Shown piece by piece: positions 17,983 through 28,200 of a DNA stretch of 64,000 bases. A program made the position numbers and the translations under genes. The notes under the pieces were generated by a model that made no database searches, was not told the DNA's origin, and saw nothing but the letters and a program-made list of their open reading frames with translations. Origin of the DNA: an uncultured Acholeplasmatales bacterium. Its GTDB lineage: Bacteria > Bacillota_I > Bacilli_A > ML615J-28 > CAG-698. Position 1 is the first letter of the stretch. Every line of letters starts with the position of its first letter. The stretch is from positions 13,906 to 77,905 of the forward strand of contig CALEGD010000065.1 of assembly GCA_937877075.1 (NCBI GenBank). The letters run 5' to 3'.

Positions 17983-20751
17983 CTATTTTTTTAGCCAGAT
18001 AAATTGGTAAGGTTTCAATTCATAAGTTGTAGTGGTAATTTTTTCTTCGGTAATCAGATCAATTCCCTCTCCAACTGGAATTCCAACATTCTTATCTGTC
18101 ATATTTACAACAAAAATAATTTCTTCATCATTGGATTTCCTTCTTAGGGCAAAGACAGATTTACCATAATCCAAAACTTCTTGATAACTAAAAGGATTAA
18201 ACGCACTGTGTTCAGCCCTTTTTTCAAGTAAAGACAATAGTCCATTAAAGACTTTATTTCTTAAAGTAGAGTCATCATTTAACTCTGAAACTACAGTATC
18301 AACATCTAATTTTTCACGATTAATCCGCCGATTGATTTGGGATTCTTCCATTCCCTTGATATCACTACGGCTTCCAAGCAAACTATGAATATAGATTCCC
18401 GGAACTCCGGCTAAGGAGAAGAGTACGGAATGAACCGCAAGGAATTTTTTTGTTTTTAAATCTAAATCATCATCGGGCATCGTTATCGCATCGAGATAAT
18501 TGATATTTAGTTCATAAGGGGCAATTGATTTATCCGGCATATTCCGGTAGCCGATTTTTCCGCCTTGCCTTAAAGTATGGTCAACTAAGACCTGCATCTC
18601 TTTTTGACTTAAGATTTTCTCAACCGGACGTACACCGATACCATCATGAGATGATAGGAAGTTAAAGAAAGTGGTTGTTTCCATTTTGTTATCTAAAGCT
18701 TTTGCCCAAGCAGTCAGATGAGTTGTATCTTGACTTAAGAGAGAATACATAGTTAGTGGTGGTAGGGGAAACTGATAAACTAGCGTCGCCTCATCCTTTC
18801 CATTTCCAAAATAAGAAATATTATCTTCATGAGGAACATTAGTTTCAGTAATCAATTTTATATCAAAGCAAGAATCTAGAACTTTTCGCATAATCTTCAC
18901 GATTTTATGGGTTTGTTCTAAATGCATGCATCTTGTTCCGATTTCCTTCCAAAGTAAACCGATGGCATCTAAACGAATGAAACGGGAACCTTTGCTCGCA
19001 TAAAACAGGAGAACATCCAATATTTCTAATAATACTTTGGGATTCCTGAAATTCAAATCAACCTGATCTTCACTGAAAGTAGTCCAAAGATGCTTCATTC
19101 CGTCTTTATGTTTAAATTGATGGAGTAAAGGCAAAGCTCTTGGCCTGGTGACATTGCTGTAATCAGCATTGGGATCAGCATCAATAAAGAAATCTTTATA
19201 TTCTTCTTCTCCGGCCAAATATCCCTTCATATAATTGCTGCTTTTAGAAACATGATTAACAACAGCATCAAGCATCAAGTTAAAACCCTCTTCCTTAATG
19301 GAAGTAACATCATCCCAATCACCCAGTTCTTCTCTTACTTTTCGGTAATCAATTATTGAAAAACCATCATCGGAAGTATAGGGGTAGATGGGAAGGAAAT
19401 GAACTCCTTTAATTTTGTCTTTTAGAAATTTGTTAGCAAAATTTCTAAAGGTGGATAAGGGTTTTTCCGAATCTTTTACCAAACTGTCCCCATAAGTGAT
19501 TAAGATATTATCTTTTTCAGTTAATGGGGTTTCGCCAAGCGGTTCATCACCACGATACTTCTCGACCAATTCTTTAATCTTCTGATAAGTATTTTGGTAA
19601 TCCTCAGGATAAAGGTCTTTAAGATAATCATAAACCGTATCTTCCTCAATCCTTTGTTCAGTTTCAGAATCAAAGAAACCAATTTCGCTATCTTCAAATT
19701 CAAGATAAACTTCAGTTCCGCTTCTTAAATCCTTAAAGTCATAGGTAACCACTTTAGTTTCTTTTCCGCCAATTTCTAGAATTAAGATAATGTAAGAACC
19801 TTGTGGTTCTAAATAATTAATTTTAGTTTTAATAAAGGTCTTTTTTGTCGGTTTAAGATGGACTTTAATATTTTCCGGACGAATTCCTAGTTTTACAATT
19901 TTGCCTAAATATCTTTCAAGGGCGCGAAGGTGATTTTCTCCGAGCGGAACTTTTAACCCCTCACCAATGGCAAATAATTTATCTTTGTCCTTTTCGATTT
20001 TTACGTCAAAGAAGTTTGTTGGGGGAGAACCGACGAAACTAGCAACAAAGACCGTTTTACTACGATGATAAACCTCACTAGGGGTTCCGATTTGTTCGAT
20101 ATGACCATTATTAAGGATGACAATCTTATCAGCTAAACTCATTGCTTCACTTTGATCATGAGTAACAAAGATCGAAGTCGAATTGATTTTTTCATGAATC
20201 TTCTTCAATTCTGTCCGCATTGAAACTCTAAGTTTGGCATCAAGACTACTTAATGGTTCATCCATCAAGAATAGTTTCGGTTTTACGGCCATTGCTCTGG
20301 CAACGGCTATTCTTTGTCTTTGACCGCCGGAAAGTTGGGAAGGATAGCGTTTTAAGAAAGGAATTAATTCACAGCTTTCCGCAACATCCAGAACAATTTT
20401 TTCAATTTCATTTTTATCTAATTTCCTTAATTTTAAAGGATAAGCAATATTATCATAGACACTCATATGAGGCCAGACGGCATAACTCTGAAAAATCATT
20501 GATACTCCGCGTTCTTTCGGAAGGAGGTTGATGATGGATTTGCCTTCAAGCTTGATATCTCCACCGGTAACTTCTTCTAAACCAGCAATCATTCTTATAA
20601 TTGTGGTTTTACCGCATCCGGAAGGACCGAGAAAGACAACAAACTCGCCTTTATCAATTTCCAGGTTAATCTTCTTAACGATCATCGGGCCTTTTTTTGA
20701 ATATTTCTTCTCTAAATTTTCTAGTTTTAAAAACTTCATTATATACCTCAT
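17983..20751 (-). CDS. fusion protein: MalK/UgpC-type sugar ABC transporter ATPase + sucrose-phosphorylase-like GH13 (subfamily-18-type) phosphorylase
   Basis: Residues 1-~240: Walker A GPSGCGKTT, Q-loop, LSGGQRQR, Walker B LFLMDEPLSSLD, H-loop VTHDQ. Residues ~240-360: MalK-like regulatory C-domain. Residues ~370-922: ITYGDSL, FLPIYPYTSDDGFSIIDY, GDWDDV, LMLDAVVNHVS, FIRLDAIGLLWKE, QTHKIVK, as in sucrose phosphorylases. One uninterrupted 922-codon frame. Confidence 0.85.
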   Translation of the reverse strand: MRYIMKFLKLENLEKKYSKKGPMIVKKINLEIDKGEFVVFLGPSGCGKTTIIRMIAGLEEVTGGDIKLEGKSIINLLPKERGVSMIFQSYAVWPHMSVYDNIAYPLKLRKLDKNEIEKIVLDVAESCELIPFLKRYPSQLSGGQRQRIAVARAMAVKPKLFLMDEPLSSLDAKLRVSMRTELKKIHEKINSTSIFVTHDQSEAMSLADKIVILNNGHIEQIGTPSEVYHRSKTVFVASFVGSPPTNFFDVKIEKDKDKLFAIGEGLKVPLGENHLRALERYLGKIVKLGIRPENIKVHLKPTKKTFIKTKINYLEPQGSYIILILEIGGKETKVVTYDFKDLRSGTEVYLEFEDSEIGFFDSETEQRIEEDTVYDYLKDLYPEDYQNTYQKIKELVEKYRGDEPLGETPLTEKDNILITYGDSLVKDSEKPLSTFRNFANKFLKDKIKGVHFLPIYPYTSDDGFSIIDYRKVREELGDWDDVTSIKEEGFNLMLDAVVNHVSKSSNYMKGYLAGEEEYKDFFIDADPNADYSNVTRPRALPLLHQFKHKDGMKHLWTTFSEDQVDLNFRNPKVLLEILDVLLFYASKGSRFIRLDAIGLLWKEIGTRCMHLEQTHKIVKIMRKVLDSCFDIKLITETNVPHEDNISYFGNGKDEATLVYQFPLPPLTMYSLLSQDTTHLTAWAKALDNKMETTTFFNFLSSHDGIGVRPVEKILSQKEMQVLVDHTLRQGGKIGYRNMPDKSIAPYELNINYLDAITMPDDDLDLKTKKFLAVHSVLFSLAGVPGIYIHSLLGSRSDIKGMEESQINRRINREKLDVDTVVSELNDDSTLRNKVFNGLLSLLEKRAEHSAFNPFSYQEVLDYGKSVFALRRKSNDEEIIFVVNMTDKNVGIPVGEGIDLITEEKITTTTYELKPYQFIWLKK

Positions 20752-20754
20752 TTC

Positions 20755-21834
20755 TTATTGCACAGTTGAAGATCCCCACATTTGTCCGATGTATTTACGC
20801 ATTACGAAAGTAAAGACAAGGGCAGGAATAATGAGAATGATGCTTCCAGCTGCTGCAAATTGAATATCACTGGTCCCGGAACCGATTGCTTTATAAACCG
20901 CTAAAGCCAAGGTGCTATTCCTATTAGTTAGTATCAAGGCTGTAATCGTGTCATTCCATGCTGTCGAGAAAGCATACATAGAACTTGCAGCAATTGCCGG
21001 GAATGTTAAAGGCAAAGTAATACGTATAAAGGTTTGAAACTTATTTGCCCCAAAAACACATGACGCTTCTTCAAGGTCAGTATTAATCCCTCTGAAAATT
21101 CCACTTGTGATCCAGGTGGTAAGGGCAATATTAGGAATAGAATAGACAATAGCAAGCCCAATTAAAGTATCATAAAGATTGAACCGAATCAGGAGTACAG
21201 CCATTGGCAATGAGATTGCAACAATGGGGAACATGCGGACAAAGAGTAAAGACATACTGACCTTTTCCTTGCCTTTGAAATGGTAGCGCGCAATCGCATA
21301 ACCGGCGCTGCTGCCTAAAGTGACAGATATTAGTATCGTAAGAATCGCGACCAGGATACTATTGATCAGCGACTGTACTCCGTTTTCGGTCAAGTTAAAG
21401 AAAGATTTAAAATTATACCATAAATTCTTATTATATTTGAATACTCTTTCTCCTTCTGCTCTGGTGGTTTCAAAATCACTTAGCAGGTCATCACCGGATT
21501 TAGTGACCGAAAGATATCTTTCAAAATACTCTTCGATTTCCAAACTATTTCTGGAAGAAAAAGCTGGTTCAAAACTATCCCCCTCTTTTACAAGAATTCG
21601 ATATTTGCCATAATTCTCATCATCAAGATTATCAATATAACTGACCTTTACTTCAACCGAAATCTTTGGAATTAAACTCATTGGAAAATGAGTTATTTCA
21701 TTTGCGGAGGAAAAAGCTACAGTTACAAAATATAGTAGGGGGACGATTATCATCAAGACTACCGAAGCGATAAATAAGGTAATCAAGGTGTTAAGTGGAG
21801 TTATCTTCTTAAATTTTTTTAAATTTTTATTCAT
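20755..21834 (-). CDS. carbohydrate ABC transporter permease (MalG/UgpE-like)
   Basis: EAA-loop EASCVFGANKFQTFIRITLPL. 6 TM segments, with a long periplasmic loop after TM1. Confidence 0.8.
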   Translation of the reverse strand: MNKNLKKFKKITPLNTLITLFIASVVLMIIVPLLYFVTVAFSSANEITHFPMSLIPKISVEVKVSYIDNLDDENYGKYRILVKEGDSFEPAFSSRNSLEIEEYFERYLSVTKSGDDLLSDFETTRAEGERVFKYNKNLWYNFKSFFNLTENGVQSLINSILVAILTILISVTLGSSAGYAIARYHFKGKEKVSMSLLFVRMFPIVAISLPMAVLLIRFNLYDTLIGLAIVYSIPNIALTTWITSGIFRGINTDLEEASCVFGANKFQTFIRITLPLTFPAIAASSMYAFSTAWNDTITALILTNRNSTLALAVYKAIGSGTSDIQFAAAGSIILIIPALVFTFVMRKYIGQMWGSSTVQ

Positions 21835-22759
21835 TTTTATCCACTTCCATTACACTATTTTTCTTGGCAACCTTGTAATAAATTACCGAGGTGATAAAGA
21901 TTATCACCGATACGATAATACTCATTGCATAAGCCATTTTTTCTGCATTAGGAGCATTGGGAACAAATTCAACATAGTAAGCAATTCTTTCGACCATAAA
22001 AGGCAAGGAATTATAACCCATAACCATTACTACTAAGACCCATAATTGGGTTGCAGCAATCATCCGAAGCAATAGGGAAGTAATAATTGAAGGTTTCAGG
22101 ATTGGGATAACAATATCCTTAAGGATTTGCCATCTAGAAGCTCCAAAAACAGCACCGGCTTCCTTGACCTCTTTGTTTAGGTTTTGTAAACCTGCCAAAA
22201 GAATAATCACTATTGAAGGAAGGACCGTCCAGGTATCAATTGTAACCAGCATCAAAATTGCGTAAAAGCCTTCAGTTTCCAGCCAAGCAATTGTATTTTG
22301 AGTTACATTTAATTGCATTAAAATCGAATTAATCCAACCTGTTTCTCGTAGTCCGGTTTTCCAAATGATAGCAACGGCAGTTGGGGTAATTGCCATCGGA
22401 ATCATAACAATAAAGAGGAGCGCTTTACGGAAGCGAAATTTCATATTCAAAATTAAAGCTAAAACGAGAGCAATGACATATTGAATAATGATTGAAATTA
22501 CCACAAAAAGTCCGGTATTAAAGATCGCAACTCCAAAATCACCATCAATAAAAATCATCTTATAATTATTTAAAGTTAATTGCCCTGAACTGGTAGTAAA
22601 ACTTTCATAAATACCCATTAAGACCGGTAAAAGCCAAAACAGCAAATAAAAGAGTACTGCCGGAGCAAGTAAAATTAATGGAATATATTTTTTATTGATA
22701 TGACTTTTTCTCTTTTTATCATTTATTTTTATTTCATTAGTATTAATCATCTTCACCAT
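21827..22759 (-). CDS. carbohydrate ABC transporter permease (MalF/UgpA-like)
   Basis: EAA-loop KEAGAVFGASRWQILKDIVIPIL. 6 TM segments. Overlaps neighbouring genes by 8 nt. Confidence 0.8.
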   Translation of the reverse strand: MVKMINTNEIKINDKKRKSHINKKYIPLILLAPAVLFYLLFWLLPVLMGIYESFTTSSGQLTLNNYKMIFIDGDFGVAIFNTGLFVVISIIIQYVIALVLALILNMKFRFRKALLFIVMIPMAITPTAVAIIWKTGLRETGWINSILMQLNVTQNTIAWLETEGFYAILMLVTIDTWTVLPSIVIILLAGLQNLNKEVKEAGAVFGASRWQILKDIVIPILKPSIITSLLLRMIAATQLWVLVVMVMGYNSLPFMVERIAYYVEFVPNAPNAEKMAYAMSIIVSVIIFITSVIYYKVAKKNSVMEVDKNE

Positions 22760-22761
22760 CC

Positions 22762-23856
22762 TTACGGTTTAACCTTTTCAGCTAAACCGAAGTAATACAT
22801 TTTATCCATATCCATCGGCATTCGATCCTCAACAGATGGTATCGAAAAACTTAAATGCGGTTCTGTCTGATACCAATAAGCGGTTGAGGTATAATCATCA
22901 TTGCGTTGATTATTATGACCGATTTCAATAGTTACTTTAATTTCCTTCTTAAAGGTAATCGGATCTTGAATATGGTAGCGGTAATAAGTAGTCCGACCTT
23001 TCCAATTATCTTTTTCTGCTAGAATTATTCCGTGAAAAGGTGCATTATACTCTTCCTTGGGACAATAAGCAGTGTTGAAATAATCTTCCATACCGGTGCC
23101 ATGTATTCGGGGCGGGAAAGGCTCGCCATCAATAAATATCATATCATCGCCTTCTCCAATCCAATCATGTTGACTATCGGTACTGGTATTAAAAATATTA
23201 ATATTACATCCACAATAATGTCCCGCCCCTTTGGCATAAAGAATGACATGGTTATCGCTTCCGGTAGTGTTATATTGTTCTCCACCGAGAAAATCAAGCT
23301 TATTCTTATAACTACTTAAAGGAGGAACCTCACGCGAATGATTACGATTAAACTCAGCATGAAAATATAGCGTCTCTTTTTCTAAAACTTCCGGTTTTTC
23401 ATAATCAATATAAAAATAGATATTACAGAGACTTCTACATTCGGAATGAATTACAATCCGGATACGTTTTCTAAAGGGCATCGGCCACCAAGAATTAAAA
23501 CCTCTGCCGTTTTGAGGAGACATTTGTAAGGGCTGGGAAACAAAGTTTTTGGTTATACCATGTCCCATTCCGAAAAAATCACCGACGGGAACAAGAACAC
23601 TTGGCTCTTGTTCGTCGTCGTAATATATTTTTAATAAAATTTTTCGATAATAAAATTCTTCATTGCCATGATTACGCATCGTCATCCAGATATGATTAAT
23701 AATTCCCGGTCCTTCAATATCAGCAATTGTCAACTCTTCACCAGGATTAACATAAATGTAATCAGCATTACCTCCAGTTTTGTCGTAACTGCTAACCCGA
23801 TGCCTTGTAGAGTTTTTTCGCAAGTAGATATTGGATAGATTAGATAGTCCGTTCAT
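22762..23856 (-). CDS. DUF2961 / glycoside hydrolase family 172-like protein
   Basis: N-terminal SSYDKTGGNADYIYVNPGEELTIADIEGPGIINHIWMT matches the DUF2961 consensus (difructose-dianhydride / alpha-arabinofuranosidase family). Cytoplasmic, no signal peptide. Confidence 0.65.
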   Translation of the reverse strand: MNGLSNLSNIYLRKNSTRHRVSSYDKTGGNADYIYVNPGEELTIADIEGPGIINHIWMTMRNHGNEEFYYRKILLKIYYDDEQEPSVLVPVGDFFGMGHGITKNFVSQPLQMSPQNGRGFNSWWPMPFRKRIRIVIHSECRSLCNIYFYIDYEKPEVLEKETLYFHAEFNRNHSREVPPLSSYKNKLDFLGGEQYNTTGSDNHVILYAKGAGHYCGCNINIFNTSTDSQHDWIGEGDDMIFIDGEPFPPRIHGTGMEDYFNTAYCPKEEYNAPFHGIILAEKDNWKGRTTYYRYHIQDPITFKKEIKVTIEIGHNNQRNDDYTSTAYWYQTEPHLSFSIPSVEDRMPMDMDKMYYFGLAEKVKP

Positions 23857-25231
23857 TTCTACGCCTTAACTTTCTGATTAAGAAGAAGCTAAAGCCTCCT
23901 AAAACAAGCGCTCCACCTACGGAAATGGCAATTGTCCAAATCGGATTCATTGGAACATCGATGTTCATCTGAAATTGTGTGATCTGTGGTTCAAATTCAT
24001 CATTAAGAGAAATGACCTTGGCGGTAACTTGATACTCGCCATTCTTTAAACTAACAATCCCGTCTTCATCTGTGATGATCTTCCCGTCCTTTTCGAATTC
24101 ATAAGTTACTATAAATTGACTTTTAGTATAAGCTGAGTTTGAAACCGAAAGAACATTATTCATATTAATTACTCGATCCTTATTATCATAATTACTGATA
24201 TAGATTGAGGTATTAGCTTTGACTTTAGGTAAAGCTTTCTTAATATGTAAGATCAGATTTCTACTGGTCACAGGGGTAAAAGCGCCCTGAATTTTCGGAT
24301 TCACTTTTACAACCACACTATAGGTTCCAGGAACTGGTGAAATCAAACCATCGAAAACTTGCCAATTTTCATATTCGCCTTCATCATTTATCTTTTTCAC
24401 AATTAAACTGGCTGCATATTCATTTGGAACATAAGCATTACCATAAATATTAAAATATTCGGATAAATCAATATATTGGGTGCCGTTGTAGATATAAGCA
24501 GTATGTTCGTCTTCAATAACGGTTTTTCCGGTTTCATTTTCATACTCAAATACCACTTGTGGCCGTTCTTTTTGAACAATGATGGTCATTGGTACACTTA
24601 CTACATCCGGAAAACTTCCGTCAACCGAATGAATTGTAATTGTTAGAGTATAAACACCAGAAATAGCCTTAATATAATAACCAAATATTTCTACAACTCT
24701 ACCTGGGTATTTCGCATCAAAACTTAGATAATATTCATCATCATTAAAACTATTGCCAAGCACTTTATACATAATTCTTAAATCAACGAAACCTTGATTT
24801 TTCTGGATACTGATGGTTCTGACATTATGCATTGCTTCTTCATTGGCAAAACTTGGAGCTATTGCTCTTAAGGTGAAGTTTATCGTTTTCATAATTGGAG
24901 GACCAATACTAATCTTATTTCCGACGATAAGAATTACAAATGTATAATCACCGGGAACAAAATCAATCACGAGATCATTATGTTCTACAACTTCTTGATT
25001 TCTGGTTACGGTATAAGCAACTGTCAGATCATCCAAGCTATAGGTGCCAGGGTTGATTGAATAAAGAGTTTTTAAATCAAATGTCTTTTGACCTTTTTCT
25101 TTAATAATTTCTTGGTTTTCAAGGGACTCAATTGTCGGTGCCGTACTGGCATAAACATTGATTTTAGCGATTCCTAGGATAGTTAGGCAAATAAGCATAA
25201 AACCTATGATTTTTTTACTCATTTTGATCAC
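23840..25231 (-). CDS. surface protein with Ig-like repeats, signal peptide and C-terminal TM anchor
   Basis: 463 aa. N-terminal signal sequence. C-terminus IAISVGGALVLGGFSFFLIRKLRRRNERTI. Tightly overlapped (17 nt) with both neighbours. Confidence 0.5.
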   Translation of the reverse strand: MIKMSKKIIGFMLICLTILGIAKINVYASTAPTIESLENQEIIKEKGQKTFDLKTLYSINPGTYSLDDLTVAYTVTRNQEVVEHNDLVIDFVPGDYTFVILIVGNKISIGPPIMKTINFTLRAIAPSFANEEAMHNVRTISIQKNQGFVDLRIMYKVLGNSFNDDEYYLSFDAKYPGRVVEIFGYYIKAISGVYTLTITIHSVDGSFPDVVSVPMTIIVQKERPQVVFEYENETGKTVIEDEHTAYIYNGTQYIDLSEYFNIYGNAYVPNEYAASLIVKKINDEGEYENWQVFDGLISPVPGTYSVVVKVNPKIQGAFTPVTSRNLILHIKKALPKVKANTSIYISNYDNKDRVINMNNVLSVSNSAYTKSQFIVTYEFEKDGKIITDEDGIVSLKNGEYQVTAKVISLNDEFEPQITQFQMNIDVPMNPIWTIAISVGGALVLGGFSFFLIRKLRRRNERTI

Positions 25232-28200
25232 CTTTCAATGAAACAGCTTTCTTCTTTCTTAATAGGATAAAGGAAACTCCACCAGCAAGCAGTAAACTTC
25301 CTCCGACAATTAGTCCAATTTGAAGACTGGATAAACCGGTAGTTTCAACTTTTCCGGTACGGAAGGTATAAAGATCGGAAATATGTTTTCCGCCATTGGC
25401 ATCGGTCACCACGACATAATAAGAATATTCTTGATCAGGCATAAGGTTATTCCAATCAATTGAGGCCAGATCACCGCTTTTTACATTTTCAACTTTTCCT
25501 AAAGATTCACTCATTCTATAATTGACGAAGAAAGCATCGGTAGCAACTCGTTTGATTTGAGGAATTAGTTCCCATTCGTATACAAAACTATTAGTATTTA
25601 CATCCATTGATTGATACGCCGAACCAGATCCATTTCCGTTTTGAGCTAATCCATCTCCTTGAAGACCTTCAAAATCCATATGGTTAAGACCGCGATACAC
25701 ATCGTAATAACCGGGGTCTCCTTCGGTAAGGCCTTTGAGTTCATTCAAGTATTCAAGCCATGGTGAGACTGTAATGACATTAACCTCTCCATTTGTAACA
25801 TCAAATTCAAAGAGACGCATAAAGCCATCGCCACCCTCATATTTCGAAGCGGTATTTTTTGAACCTTGATAGTCAGCAAGTAACTGCCAAACTTTTCTAT
25901 CAGGAGTTCCATCACCGTCATCATCAATTTCATCTACTCTACTGGCACTTCCGTGAAGATGTCCGCTTAATACCATTTTTACATTTGGATTTGGCTTAAC
26001 GACTTTATTAAAAATTTCTTCACCAATGGCGGTTTGAACACCGGTTGTTCCTAAATATTCATGGAAGTTAAGGATAACAATTCGGCTGGGATTTTCAGAA
26101 ATGACTTTATTCATCCAGTCAATTTCAGGTTGATAGATACCCCATCCCATATAAACCATCATAAAATCTAAGCCATTGACAGATATCAAATCATAATGAC
26201 CGCGGTTATTTTGATAGGATTCGCCATAATAAGATTTGTCTTTATAACGGTCTTCACCAAAGTATTCTCCAAAAACAGAATAATCTTCTTGAGAGAAATT
26301 GACATCATGGTTACCGGCTAAAAGACCATAAGGTACACGGGCATTTTCTAAAAGCTGATAATATTGATCAATGACATCCCATTGATAAGCTTCATATTGT
26401 CTGTTTACTAAGTCACCTGTTACAAAAAGATATTCAATATTTAATTTGTCTTTATTTTTAATCAGCCAATTATGTTGAAGTTCCATAATTATATGATCTT
26501 CATCATCATAGGCGTTTCTTTGAGCATAGTATTGGGGGTCAGAAATCCAAGCAAAAGTAAACTTTTCTGAATCCGGTGCTTCTATTTCATCCTGAACCAG
26601 AATATTTACTTCATTACTCTTTGGATCAACAAAGAATTCAATCGTAACATCGGCTTCAAGAAGAAAATCATCTTCACCGGCAATCGCAAAATCAAGCGGT
26701 TTCCATTCTTCTTCAATAATATTCCAAGCATAGAGTGTTACTTTTCTGCCTACTAATGATTTTCCGTACCAACGAACATTTACAATACTATTTCTGGGTA
26801 TATCTTTATCGATAGTAACGGCAAAACGATGATAGGGAAGTTGATATGACTGGGTATCAAAATAATCGCCATCAAGACTCTTGATTTGATTATATTGTTC
26901 AGCGGTGAATTCAACCTCACCGGGAAAGACAACATATAGTGGCGGTTCCATCTCGACACTATTATAATAACCTTTGAAGATTTCTCTGTTTTCGGCACTA
27001 TAACGATAGCCTTGGAAGAATTCCACAGTTAAATCATCATTTGATGGGTCAGTTACCCTTACATTAAGTTTGGCGTCAACTCCATCAATTTCATCAGGAC
27101 TTTCAAATACCGGACGATGAGGATTCTCATCTTCAGTTCTGAAAGTAATGGTTTTTGTTTTTTTATTTCCTACCTTATCTACAATTGTGACTTCAAGTGT
27201 GTGTAGTCCGGGATCAAGATTGCCGCTAGTTGTATAATAAGGAATACCAACCCTATTACCGTCTAGATAACCATATCTTTCTTTAACGCCACTGCCAGCC
27301 TCTTCAATTTCTGGTGCCAGGTTTAAGATTCCCTTTAAGATTTCACCGTCTGCAAAGGTGAAATTGAAATCAGGATTTGTGTTATCAACAAAGAAATTAA
27401 TTGTCTTTGTTTCTTTGCCATTGGTAGCTGATAAAGTATGAAGACCTTCACTTAAACTTGTCGTATCGATTCTGTAAGAGACAGTGTCGATCGATTCTTC
27501 AGGAATATCAAATTTGAAGAAGACCTGTCTAGTATCGGAGGCATTACTGTCACTGAGACGGTAAATTTCATCACGCATCAGTTCAGAGTATTTTCCACTA
27601 TTGACAGGATTAACATCATAGAGAATGGTTCCATCAGGCATAATTAAGCGCGCATCTCTAAAAGAATAGTCGTCACGGTTTAAATTTAAACCTGCCTCAT
27701 CAAGAATAGCCTGATTAGCCTTCATAGCTACGGTATCACCGTAGATAAAGTCTCTCCTCGCTTCCGCCATTTTCTCGGCATCATTGGCTGCTTTTGCTGC
27801 TTGATAACGTTCGATAGCGTCATTAAATAGACTAGGATCATAAATCGAAGTATAGCGGTTTCCGGCATGAAGTCCGACTAAGCCTCCCTCAGGATATCCT
27901 TCTGATGGTAAAATCATATCAAGTGGTATTTGGACAGTATAAGTTAGCCAACGGCCACTGATATCAAATTGGAATAGGGTTCTAAAACTATTAACGCCCT
28001 CACCGTACTTGGAGTTTTTAACGGTAACTCCATTCCTGAAGTTAAAATCGGTTTCAAAAACCTCATAAACAAACAAAGCATATCTTTGACTGTCCGGTTG
28101 AGTCGGGAGGAGATTTCCGTCTAAGGATAGACTTAGACTAGTCAGAGGTTCGGTTCTGGATGTTGCGGAAATCTTCAGGCTTCCGCCGACATATTGGCCT

